A DNA stretch of 64,000 nt. It comes from Candidatus Kaiserbacteria bacterium. Lineage in GTDB: Bacteria; Patescibacteriota; Minisyncoccia; Phycocordibacterales; UBA918. The stretch covers positions 641 to 64,640 of the forward strand of contig JANPCG010000015.1 of NCBI GenBank assembly GCA_031430855.1. The letters run 5' to 3'. The notes below the pieces were generated by a model. The model was not told the DNA's origin and searched no databases. It saw only the letters and a list, made by a program, of their open reading frames with translations. Below, piece after piece: positions 29,610 through 38,162 of this stretch (within the stretch, counting starts at the first letter, position 1; each line of letters begins with the position of its first letter). Made by a program: the position numbers and the translations under genes.

Positions 29610-31082
29610 CTACCCAACCCTGTGTTCCTTGGCGATTTCTTTAAGCGCGGCAGCCTCTTCCTCCGCCAATTTATCCTTCCCTGCTTCAGCCATTGATAAT
29701 AACGCCGCTTCCGGCATGACCAAAAGCTCTAGAACCCTTGATTCTAAATAGTTTTCAATATTTTTCCCCGGGTCTACCAACACCTCTTCCAACAGTGCAT
29801 GCAGTATATATCCGAGCCTTTTCCCCGGCTTTTCCCCAGAAATAGTCATAATCCGGTCGCCGTTTATTTTGAGAAGTTTAACCGAAATTGGGTCACGTAA
29901 AGCCTCGTCAACCATGGCTTTGTACTTTCGAAAGCGAAACGGCTGTTCTTTCGGTCGGCCGGTACCAATTCGGTCGCACACCCGCAAATTAAGCAGGTTT
30001 TCAATGTTGTCTTCACCAATCCGTACGATTGTTCGTCGGACTGCACTGAGAGTTATTTCATCTGGATCGGAGAAAAACATATGCCAACGCACCAGTTTCT
30101 CCACTTCGAGGGTGGTTTCGCGGGGCAGCTTGAGTCGCTCGAGGATAATTTTGGTCATTCGTGCCCCGACGACCTCGTGGCCAAAGAAGGTGTAGTGTTT
30201 ATTTTTACCTCCCGTTCGTCTCGTGGCTGGTTTACCAATGTCATGGAGTAAGGCTGCTATACGAAGATTAGTTGAATGTCCTTTATCAGCTGCTGCTTGT
30301 AGGGTGCGCAAGAGATGTTCGTATACATCGTACGCATGGATGCCGCCTTGCTCACAGCCAATTGAAGCTTTAATTTCAGGTAAAATATAATCAATCATCC
30401 CTAATTTCTCAAGCATCACCATGCCTGCCATTGGGGTGTCTGAGTTTATCAATTTTATAAATTCAGCCGCAATTCGCTCAATGGCAATATGCGACAAGAG
30501 TGCATGATTAGCCATAATTCCAGCCATGGTATCGGCATCAATCATAAAATCGAGTTCGGCCGCCAGTCGAACCGCTCTCATCATCCGTAACGCGTCTTCG
30601 CTAAAGCGGGCACCAGCTTCCCCAACCGTTTTTAACCGTTTATCTCGAATGTCTGCAATTCCATCATATAAGTCAACGGTTTCGTGAGTAGCCAAGCGGT
30701 ATGCAATGGCGTTAATAGTGAAGTCCCGGCGCGCTAAATCTTCTGCCAGACTGACCCCAAAAGTAACAGAATCAGGTCGTCGTTTATCGGTATATTCCCC
30801 TTCCGCGCGGTACGGGGTTACTTCAATTATTCGCAGTCGTTCATCTTCGGTTTCGCTATTCTTTACTCCGACGGTACCGTAGTCATTATTACAAAAACTA
30901 TCTGGGAAAAGAGCTTGAATCTGGTCCGGATGAGCATTGGTCGTAAAGTCCCAGTCTTTCGGGGTGCGTCCTACGACCAGGTCGCGAACGCAGCCCCCCA
31001 CTAAATACGCCTCATAGCCAGCGCTCTCAAGTGTTTGTGCTACTTGTTTTACTTCGAGGGGAACTGAAGTAAGGGATATCAT
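29610..31082 (-). CDS. cca: CCA-adding tRNA nucleotidyltransferase with HD domain
   Basis: VGGCVRD, DWDFTT, DLARRDFTINA, EDALRMMR, LLHDIGK. Confidence 0.92.
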   Translation of the reverse strand: MISLTSVPLEVKQVAQTLESAGYEAYLVGGCVRDLVVGRTPKDWDFTTNAHPDQIQALFPDSFCNNDYGTVGVKNSETEDERLRIIEVTPYRAEGEYTDKRRPDSVTFGVSLAEDLARRDFTINAIAYRLATHETVDLYDGIADIRDKRLKTVGEAGARFSEDALRMMRAVRLAAELDFMIDADTMAGIMANHALLSHIAIERIAAEFIKLINSDTPMAGMVMLEKLGMIDYILPEIKASIGCEQGGIHAYDVYEHLLRTLQAAADKGHSTNLRIAALLHDIGKPATRRTGGKNKHYTFFGHEVVGARMTKIILERLKLPRETTLEVEKLVRWHMFFSDPDEITLSAVRRTIVRIGEDNIENLLNLRVCDRIGTGRPKEQPFRFRKYKAMVDEALRDPISVKLLKINGDRIMTISGEKPGKRLGYILHALLEEVLVDPGKNIENYLESRVLELLVMPEAALLSMAEAGKDKLAEEEAAALKEIAKEHRVG

Positions 31083-31170
31083 AATCTCGTCATTGTACCA
31101 GAATTACATTGCTTTTTCGCCTCAGTGCGCGTATTATTTCAACCACTACATTGGCTTCGCTTAATGTACT

Positions 31171-31242
31171 GCACCCGTGGTGAAGTGGATATCATTACTG
31201 ACTTCGGATCAGTCGTCGGGGGTTCGAGTCCCTCCGGGTGCA
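31171..31242 (+). tRNA. tRNA-Arg(TCG)
   Basis: Cloverleaf; anticodon arm actga-cttcgga-tcagt; GTTCGA T-loop; no encoded CCA. Confidence 0.93.
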
Positions 31243-31620
31243 CAAATTGGCCGACCCTAATGCGCAAGCATTGGGGTCGTTGCCATTTGTCGCGACCGGA
31301 GGGACTCGAAAAGACGCAGCGGGGCCCCTCTGGGCCGCGGCGTCTGGGGTCGAGCGAATGAGGTAATTTATGAACGAAGTGAAATAAATTACCCATGAGA
31401 GTGACCGAGTCCTTTTGAAAAGCGTTACGCGACTCGAAACCCGATTGAGTTGGATTAGGAGCGAAGCGAACTAATCCAACCAATTGGGATACTGAACCTG
31501 TAAGGTTCGAGTCCCCTGTCCCAGGAGAGGTGTGTTTAATGCTACTTCTGGGGTCGAGCGAATGAGCTTTATTGCAAACGAAGTGTAGCAATAAAGCCAT
31601 GAGAGAGACCGAGTCCCTCC
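31243..31620. repeat. tRNA-linked snap-back repeat cluster (core A, core B, core A)
   Basis: ccggagggactcgaa (31296) is the reverse complement of the tRNA T-arm; two ctggggtcgagcgaatgag...gaccgagtcc units and one gagcgaagcgaa unit. Confidence 0.85.
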
Positions 31621-31771
31621 AAAAGCATTTCTACACTCAAAAGGTTGCCAGCTATTTTAAAAATTACGATTCAATTCATCTTAATTTCCACCACCTTCCT
31701 TCTTTTAGTTGACTCCCCCTTTATTTTTGCTACTCTTTTGCCATATCTTGTTCCAATCAAGAGGTTTACGT

Positions 31772-31927
31772 ATGGCAAGTGCTAATGGCAGCGGTAGGCT
31801 CACTCCCGCACAGCTCGCCCGTGAAGACAAAAAGCGCTTGCAGAAGGCAAAACGTCTCGCTCGCAAAAAGGCAGTGGCTGAATCTGCAAAGGTTGTCCCC
31901 CGCTCGGGCGCGCGCACCCTCTATTGA
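31772..31927 (+). CDS. Small very basic 51-aa protein
   Basis: TTGACT-17-TACTCT promoter, AGAGGT SD, ORF, then cgcccggata/tatccgggcg terminator. Confidence 0.65.
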   Translation: MASANGSGRLTPAQLAREDKKRLQKAKRLARKKAVAESAKVVPRSGARTLY

Positions 31928-32028
31928 TGTCGCGAAATGAACATCTAACCGCCCGGATAATATCCGGGCGTTCTGTTTATTACCATAAAATGAACACTGG
32001 TCTTAGTATATAATATACACACTTTGTT

Positions 32029-32709
32029 ATGCCAAAAGTTGCTCACTATAAAGAGGAAGCCTATCAACAAGCCCTCTCCTTTCGACGTCGCGGTTTTACC
32101 TATCGTGAAATAGCGAAGATTTGCAACGTTTCTGTGAGTACATTAAGTAATTGGTTAGCGCACGAACCGTTCTCTACTGAGGTTGCTAAAGATAATATAC
32201 GCAAAGCAACGAATGAAAACACCAAACGTCTCGTGCTAATAAACAAGGCTCGTATCTCAGAGCGTAAACTTCAATACAGTGAAGTGGTCCGTCAGGCTGT
32301 TGTTGAGTATCAGAATTATCATACCAATCCCCTGTTTATTGCGGGGATAATGGTTTATGCGAGTCAGGGAGATGTACATAATGAGAAAGTGATTCGTCTT
32401 TCAAACAGTCGAACTGACCAGCATCGTATCTTTATACGCTTCCTAACAACGTATTTAGGGGTTGAGAAGGCAAAAATTAGGATATGGCTGCTGCTTTATC
32501 CAGATCACGATGAAATTGCGTGTATGAAGCATTGGTGCAAGAAAACAGGCATATCAGTCGCCCAGTTTTATAAAAACCAAGTAATTACAAGTCGTAGCCA
32601 CAAACCAACATTGCATTTTGGGGTCGGTAATACTATAATCGGCAGTACTCTTTTGAAGAAGAAGCTTAAGAAGTGGATGGAGCTAATGTCAAAAGAGCTT
32701 GAGAAATAA
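32029..32709 (+). CDS. HTH protein with possible degenerate LAGLIDADG-like C-terminal domain
   Basis: RRRGFTYREIAKICNVSVSTLSNWL HTH; FIAGIMVYASQG helix followed by IRLSNS. Confidence 0.7.
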   Translation: MPKVAHYKEEAYQQALSFRRRGFTYREIAKICNVSVSTLSNWLAHEPFSTEVAKDNIRKATNENTKRLVLINKARISERKLQYSEVVRQAVVEYQNYHTNPLFIAGIMVYASQGDVHNEKVIRLSNSRTDQHRIFIRFLTTYLGVEKAKIRIWLLLYPDHDEIACMKHWCKKTGISVAQFYKNQVITSRSHKPTLHFGVGNTIIGSTLLKKKLKKWMELMSKELEK

Positions 32710-32714
32710 AAGCT

Positions 32715-32785
32715 GCGGCCATGGTTAAGTGGTATAATGAGTCCTTGCCAAGGATTAGTCGGGGTTTCGATTACCCCTGGCCGCA
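32715..32785 (+). tRNA. tRNA-Gly(GCC)
   Basis: Cloverleaf; agtcc-ttgccaa-ggatt anticodon arm. Confidence 0.93.
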
Positions 32786-32789
32786 CAAA

Positions 32790-32927
32790 TCTAAAAAGAC
32801 CCGAGCTTCTGCTCGGGTCTTTTTAGATTTTGCTTGGGTAATCGAAAGACCAATAGAGCCAGATTTGAAGCGAAGCGCACCAATCTGGCCAATTGGGTTA
32901 CTGAACTCGTAGAGTTTCGACTACCCC
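32790..32927. repeat. Terminator hairpin plus tRNA-linked repeat (core B)
   Basis: gggtaatcgaaa (reverse complement of the T-arm) ... tttcgactaccc flank an aagcgaagcg-capped hairpin homologous to 31431-31516. Confidence 0.8.
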
Positions 32928-33402
32928 TTAAGTTAGTAGCAGGTTGCGTGGCAATCGAAAGAACTTGTCTGCTATTTTTTAAGTAAAAACGAGAAAGTTG
33001 CGACAAGGTGTGCTGCTCCAGTAAGTAGTCGATTACCTATGTCTGGTTTGCAACTAAAAGTAAGTAAATGAACTACTGACCGTCAGTTTCAATCACTACA
33101 AACATTACCCTACGTTCTCTGTCCTCTAAAATTACGAAATATAAAAGCACTCGCACCTGTGCACAACTTGTCTAACATGTGTATAAAGGACAGTCGTAAA
33201 AGACACATATCTTTGAATAGTACGGCCCGATATATAGCTTTCGGGATTAATTCTGTGTATAATTATAAAATTTTGTGTACCACGTGAAACGTGTTACGTA
33301 CACCTGTAATTATAGCCTTATATAAAAAAGTTACACATGAAACCAACGTATTCTAAAAAAAATTATCAAAAAGGCTGAATCTGGCTGCTATACTAGTTCC
33401 AT

Positions 33403-33816
33403 ATGGAACAAAAAGAGAAGTTAAAACTTAAAACTAAAGAAACTGGGAATAAAGGAGAGTTAATTTGTGCCCGGTACCTTAAAAGTGAGGGATTTACTCT
33501 AATTGCAATGAATTATCAAAAAAAGTGGGGTGAAATTGATGTTATTGTGCAAAAAGCCAATAAAATTCACTTTGTTGAAGTAAAAACAGTTTCATATGAA
33601 ACGAAGGACGATCTTGATTATGCAGTTGCACATGGAACGTGGCGGCCAGAAGATAATGTTCATCAAAATAAATTAATTAAACTATCTCGAGTAATTCAGA
33701 CCTGGATTATCGAACACAAGTGGTCTGGCGACTTTCAAATTGACGTTGCGGCGATAAGAATTGTACCACGTGAAACGTATGCACGTATTAATATCATTGA
33801 AAATATTATTCTGTAA
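33403..33816 (+). CDS. YraN family PD-(D/E)XK nuclease
   Basis: GNKGE..YL..GF, GEIDVI, FVEVKT. Confidence 0.9.
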   Translation: MEQKEKLKLKTKETGNKGELICARYLKSEGFTLIAMNYQKKWGEIDVIVQKANKIHFVEVKTVSYETKDDLDYAVAHGTWRPEDNVHQNKLIKLSRVIQTWIIEHKWSGDFQIDVAAIRIVPRETYARINIIENIIL

Positions 33817-33877
33817 TGATTTCACGTGAAATGGTTTCATATGGAACTTTAAATTTTATTACTTATACAATCCAAAC

Positions 33878-34266
33878 ATGAAATTTCTCGTTACAGGAAG
33901 ATCAACTAGAATCCCTGAAGTGATTGATGTTATGGAAAGGATAAAACACCTAGGATATAAGATTAGCTTTGACTGGCCAGTACTTCCAATGGTAAAGCCA
34001 TATGAAGATAATCAAGAAAAAGCTGCGTAATTCGCAGAATCGGCAATTAATGGGATTATATCGGCAGACGTTTATGTTTTGTTTGCCCATGGAGATGGAG
34101 CCGGTGTTTTTGCAGAATTAGGTGCTGCTCTAGGTGTTGCGCAGTTACATGGGAAACTGAAAATTTATTCTTTTTCAAACTCAATTCCTCCTGCTATATT
34201 CCACTAACACCCTTAATTTGCTGGGTTAACAGTCTTGATGAAGTGTTTATTGATTTAGTTAAGTAA
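33878..34266 (+). pseudogene. Disrupted nucleoside 2-deoxyribosyltransferase-like gene
   Basis: MKFLVTG...ADVYVLFAHGDGAGVFAELGAALG; in-frame TAA at 34028 and 34205 and a frameshift near 34214. Confidence 0.7.
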
Positions 34267-34279
34267 ATTGATTTAGAAA

Positions 34280-34329
34280 ACAATAAGAAAATCACTAGTT
34301 TCATATGAAACTAGTGATTTTCTTATTGT
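34280..34329. repeat. Perfect 50-bp palindrome centred on a parS-like site, abutting the tRNA-Pro 3' end
   Basis: acaataagaaaatcactagtttcat|atgaaactagtgattttcttattgt. Confidence 0.9.
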
Positions 34330-34399
34330 CGGGGAGCAGGGAATCGAACCCTGACCATCCGGTCCCAAACCGGATACACTACCACTATGCTACACCCCG
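34329..34399 (-). tRNA. tRNA-Pro(TGG)
   Basis: Reverse complement cggggtgtagcatagtgg...tccgg-tttggga-ccgga...gttcgattccctgctccccga. Confidence 0.92.
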
Positions 34400-34407
34400 A
34401 TGTAGCG

Positions 34408-34555
34408 AGAGAAGTGTGCGGGCTTTAGTACATAATTCTGTATTACAGAAAATCAAAGTTCACTTTTATTTTCTGTAATACAGAATTATGTTGCAAGCTA
34501 TGCTTGCGCCAGCACATTTCCGAGCAAAGAGGGATGTATCGAAGATACAACCCGT
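34408..34555. repeat. Compound hairpin element in the tRNA-Pro leader
   Basis: Perfect 24-bp arms at 34430-34453 and 34468-34491; gtatCGAAGatac mini-hairpin. Confidence 0.75.
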
Positions 34556-34685
34556 GAGCTGTATTTCTCTCTTACAACCCGTAGTTTTTTGCTCTCAAAC
34601 CAAAGTTTCTCCTGATTTGTAACGAGAATCCTACCATGGTGTAGTAAAAAATGCGAGTAAAGTTGGTTATGATATTATCAAGAAT

Positions 34686-35117
34686 ATGGCTAATGCAACC
34701 GAGGTCCATTTTGAGGGGAAAATTGCGCAAAAGGTGATTATTGAAAAGGAAAATAAGGTTCTCTTGATGAGGGATCCCCGTGAAAAACAAATAATTTGGG
34801 AAATTCCTGGCGGTCGAATGAATATCAATGAAGAGCCGCGGGAAGCTGTTGTACGTGAAATCTTGGAGGAGTTAGGTGTAGAAATTAACGTTGGTGAAGT
34901 TGTCTACATGGAGCAGTTCATACATGTTAATGAAGGAAAGCGAGCATTTGTTATTGTGTATAAGGCAACCTTGGTTGATGAAACCAAGGATTTTGCTCTA
35001 TCTGAGGAAGAGGTTTGTGAAATTGCTTGGGTAAGCGCAGAAGAATTAGCAAAATATGAGCTATTTCCAGAATATCAACGGGCAATTGATTGTTATTTTG
35101 CAAACTATCATAAATAG
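34686..35117 (+). CDS. NUDIX hydrolase
   Basis: PGGRMNINEEPREAVVREILEELG Nudix box. Confidence 0.92.
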   Translation: MANATEVHFEGKIAQKVIIEKENKVLLMRDPREKQIIWEIPGGRMNINEEPREAVVREILEELGVEINVGEVVYMEQFIHVNEGKRAFVIVYKATLVDETKDFALSEEEVCEIAWVSAEELAKYELFPEYQRAIDCYFANYHK

Positions 35118-35133
35118 GGCACAATAGGGCCCT

Positions 35134-36057
35134 ATGATTACGTACTATTTCCGAACGGTTAAAGATGACTCCCTGAAACAAGTTGAAACCATACGCACGG
35201 GTATCTGGGTCCACGTTGTGGCGCCAACTGAAGAAGAAATAGCCCAATTAATAAAGGATTTTGTACTTGATGAAGATATTATGGAGGATGCGCAGGACTT
35301 TTTTGAGGTGCCGCGACTAGAACGGTCCCAAGGCGCGTCATATTTCTTTACTCGTTATCCATATACGGACCAAAAAGAAGGAACTGATACCGCGCCACTC
35401 CTGATAGTTATGGGAGAGTCGTTTGTGCTCACGCTTGCACTCCGTGATGTCCCCCCATTTAAAAAGCTGCTTGAGGGCACAGAAATAGTAATTACAACCC
35501 AAAAAGCTAAGCTTTTTATTCAGATTATGGACGCCATTACCCATGCCTATGACACAGAGTCAATGCGTTTACGTAAGGCGGTGCAAAAAGATCGAGTTAG
35601 GTTGCGTAAAATCGGACCCCGAGAAATAGAGCGTTTAGTTGGCTATGAAACCAAACTAAATACCATGGTAGACGCACTAACGCCAACAAATACCTGGCTC
35701 CAACAGGTCCCAAAAGGGAATTACATGCAGCTTTTTTCTGAAGATATTGAAATGATGGAGGACTTGGTGATTGCTAATAACCAGGTGGTTAATTCAGCAC
35801 GTTCAATTTTAAAGACAATTCAGAATATTCGGAGCTCAATTGAGGCAATTATGACCAGTCGTCTCAACAACTCGCTGCGGATGTTGACGATTGTTACTAT
35901 TTTACTTACTGTCCCAATGGTAATTGCCTCGTTATTTGGTATGAATGTACCTTTGCCTTTTCAGGACGAACCGCTTGCCTTTGTGGGGATTTTAGGAGGA
36001 AGTCTCCTCGTTGTGAGTCTTGTAGTGTTGTTTTTTAAGAAAAATGACTGGTTTTAG
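35134..36057 (+). CDS. corA: CorA family Mg2+ transporter
   Basis: Two C-terminal TM helices with FGMNV motif. Confidence 0.9.
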   Translation: MITYYFRTVKDDSLKQVETIRTGIWVHVVAPTEEEIAQLIKDFVLDEDIMEDAQDFFEVPRLERSQGASYFFTRYPYTDQKEGTDTAPLLIVMGESFVLTLALRDVPPFKKLLEGTEIVITTQKAKLFIQIMDAITHAYDTESMRLRKAVQKDRVRLRKIGPREIERLVGYETKLNTMVDALTPTNTWLQQVPKGNYMQLFSEDIEMMEDLVIANNQVVNSARSILKTIQNIRSSIEAIMTSRLNNSLRMLTIVTILLTVPMVIASLFGMNVPLPFQDEPLAFVGILGGSLLVVSLVVLFFKKNDWF

Positions 36058-36140
36058 GAAAGAAACTACTCTCTTCGAGACTGTGGATAAGTTGGTAAGA
36101 ATTAGCCTGTCGCCCCGTCTACATATATAATGGTTTCCAC

Positions 36141-36722
36141 ATGTCGAGTCCACATGAGACAAATCCTAGCGGAAGCCACGAAGAACGTTTTTTGAAGGCT
36201 TTTGAAGAATATAGTGATGCGCTATTTCGGCATGCCACGCTGCGTATTAGTGATCGGGAACGAGCCATTGACTTGGTTCACGATACCTACACCAAAGTGT
36301 GGACATACATCCGTAGTGGTCACGATATTGAAAACTTCCGACCCTTTCTTTACAAGGTCCTCAATAATTTGATTATTGATGAATATCGTAAACAGAAAGA
36401 ATCATCCCTCGATGCACTGTTTGAAAGGGATGGGGTAGATGAAGGGAGTTTCCCTGAGCTGTCGGAAAGTACCGTCGAGGCTTTGGCGGCGACGATAGAT
36501 GGAAAACAAGCCTTTGGTCTGATTTCTCGATTGCCTGATGTGTACCGAGAGGTGTTAATCATGCGATTTGTTGATGGCCTCGGTCCGCGTGAGATGAGTA
36601 CGCTGATTGAAGAGTCAGAGAATGTCATCTCAGTACGAATCCATCGTGGTCTAAAGCTTCTTCGAGACATTATTGAAGGAGAAATAACTGCTCGTGAAAA
36701 CAACCGGATAAAACCAAAATAA
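36141..36722 (+). CDS. ECF-type RNA polymerase sigma factor
   Basis: Region 2 (AIDLVHDTYTKVW) and region 4 (SVRIHRGLKLLR). Confidence 0.9.
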   Translation: MSSPHETNPSGSHEERFLKAFEEYSDALFRHATLRISDRERAIDLVHDTYTKVWTYIRSGHDIENFRPFLYKVLNNLIIDEYRKQKESSLDALFERDGVDEGSFPELSESTVEALAATIDGKQAFGLISRLPDVYREVLIMRFVDGLGPREMSTLIEESENVISVRIHRGLKLLRDIIEGEITARENNRIKPK

Positions 36723-36730
36723 TTTATATA

Positions 36731-38083
36731 ATGAAACGCTTTAGCGAACAACTCAAAAAGAAATCAGACTCAGTTATTTTATCTGTGTCAGAAAAGCGGG
36801 CGCTCGAAGCGAGAATAGTCTCGTTTATGGAGTACCATCCACTTCCAGTTACGTTAAAACGGTCAACCGTAAAACGAATGGTGACTGAACCAGGAATTTT
36901 CGTCGCTCTATCCTCACGGTATGTTAAAGCCTTTGCAGGAGCTTTCGCTCTTATCCTTATTGTTGGAGTGCCAGCCTTGGCAGAAAACACTGTTCCGGGA
37001 GATATTTTATATCCAGTTAAAGTACAAGTGACCGAAGAAATTCGTAGTTCACTGAATCGGGGATCATACGAAAAAGTTGTTTGGGAAACGACGCGTCTCG
37101 AGCGGCGTCTCTCCGAAGCCCGACAGTTGGCTGAAGCGGGACTGTTGACGCCAGAAGTTGAAGCGGGAGTAGTAAAAGCTGTTCAGACACATAAAGACGC
37201 AGCAGAACAACAAATTGCTTCTCTGCGCACTACTGATGCAGAAGGGGCAACCTTGGCACAGATGACCTTTGCTGCCGTACTTGATGTCCAGTCGGCTGTG
37301 CTTAAGGCTAACGACACGGCAAGTACCACTGAAGGGATGTCGATGGTCGCTCTGACTCAAATGCTTGATGCTGGCCGCGGGAAGGTGGGCACGGCTGATA
37401 ACTTAGATGTTCTTACGATTGACCGCCTAAAGGCGCAGTTAGAAATTGAGACCACTCGCAGTTACGAACTGCTCAAAAATATCTCTCCCGTTGCAACAGA
37501 GAAAGAGCAAAAAGATATCGAACGCCGACTGGGAGATGTATCACATAAAATGGAAAAAGCTCTTGCAGAAAGTAATCAAAATCCAGTTGCTGCAAAAGAA
37601 AACCTCATAACGGCTTGGAGTGATGTGCAGAAATTGATCTCGTTTATGACTGACATTGATGTGCGAGCTTCTTTGGCTATTGAAACATTAGTACCCGTTG
37701 TGCTTACTGATGCAGAGCGTCGTAATATACTGGATCAAACATATGCGCTAATCACCAGCAATCTCGCCCGAATTACCACTGGTCTCGAAGGAATTACCGA
37801 TGAAGGAATTACTGAGAAAATTAACCTTACACTCCCTCTCATTAGCGAGCTTCTTGTTAATGCAAGTTCCACACTTGAGACTGATCTCAGTGGAGCAGAA
37901 ACCGCGATAGCAGAGGCTAATGCGCTTACAGAATCTATTCTGGGCCTGAGTGATTTTCCATCAAGTTCTGAAGTGATTGTGGCTGAGCCGGCTGCGTCCA
38001 CAACTCTGTCTCTCCCTGAAGCGGTAGCAACCTCAACCGTGTCTGAAGCAGCTACTACCACCAAAACAGAAGTAATTGAATAA
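36731..38083 (+). CDS. DUF5667-like membrane protein, putative anti-sigma factor
   Basis: Single TM, then AENTVPGDILYPVKV..E...RRLSEA; directly after the ECF sigma. Confidence 0.7.
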   Translation: MKRFSEQLKKKSDSVILSVSEKRALEARIVSFMEYHPLPVTLKRSTVKRMVTEPGIFVALSSRYVKAFAGAFALILIVGVPALAENTVPGDILYPVKVQVTEEIRSSLNRGSYEKVVWETTRLERRLSEARQLAEAGLLTPEVEAGVVKAVQTHKDAAEQQIASLRTTDAEGATLAQMTFAAVLDVQSAVLKANDTASTTEGMSMVALTQMLDAGRGKVGTADNLDVLTIDRLKAQLEIETTRSYELLKNISPVATEKEQKDIERRLGDVSHKMEKALAESNQNPVAAKENLITAWSDVQKLISFMTDIDVRASLAIETLVPVVLTDAERRNILDQTYALITSNLARITTGLEGITDEGITEKINLTLPLISELLVNASSTLETDLSGAETAIAEANALTESILGLSDFPSSSEVIVAEPAASTTLSLPEAVATSTVSEAATTTKTEVIE

Positions 38084-38162
38084 TTTTCTCTCTACAAATC
38101 CCCCGTACTCACTTTGTACGGGGGATTTGTTATTTACTCATTTACGTTTACAATACGCGTAT

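Larger units (their letters stand above)
33276..34312. promoter_or_regulatory. Cluster of nine parS-like palindromes
   Basis: 16-mers resembling TGTTTCACGTGAAACA at 33276, 33329, 33395, 33588, 33624, 33762, 33818, 33833, 34297. Confidence 0.8.

Noticed and set aside
31125-31600. ORFs 31125-31361 and 31139-31600 (also 32568-33006 and 43314-43731)
   Set aside because: They overlap tRNAs and palindromic repeats; spurious frames
31243-31620. CRISPR array
   Set aside because: Units are long hairpins without constant repeat/spacer periodicity, and no cas genes are in the window
34329-34399. tRNA-Pro pseudogene owing to a U6-U67 acceptor mismatch
   Set aside because: Single mismatch; all other arms are canonical
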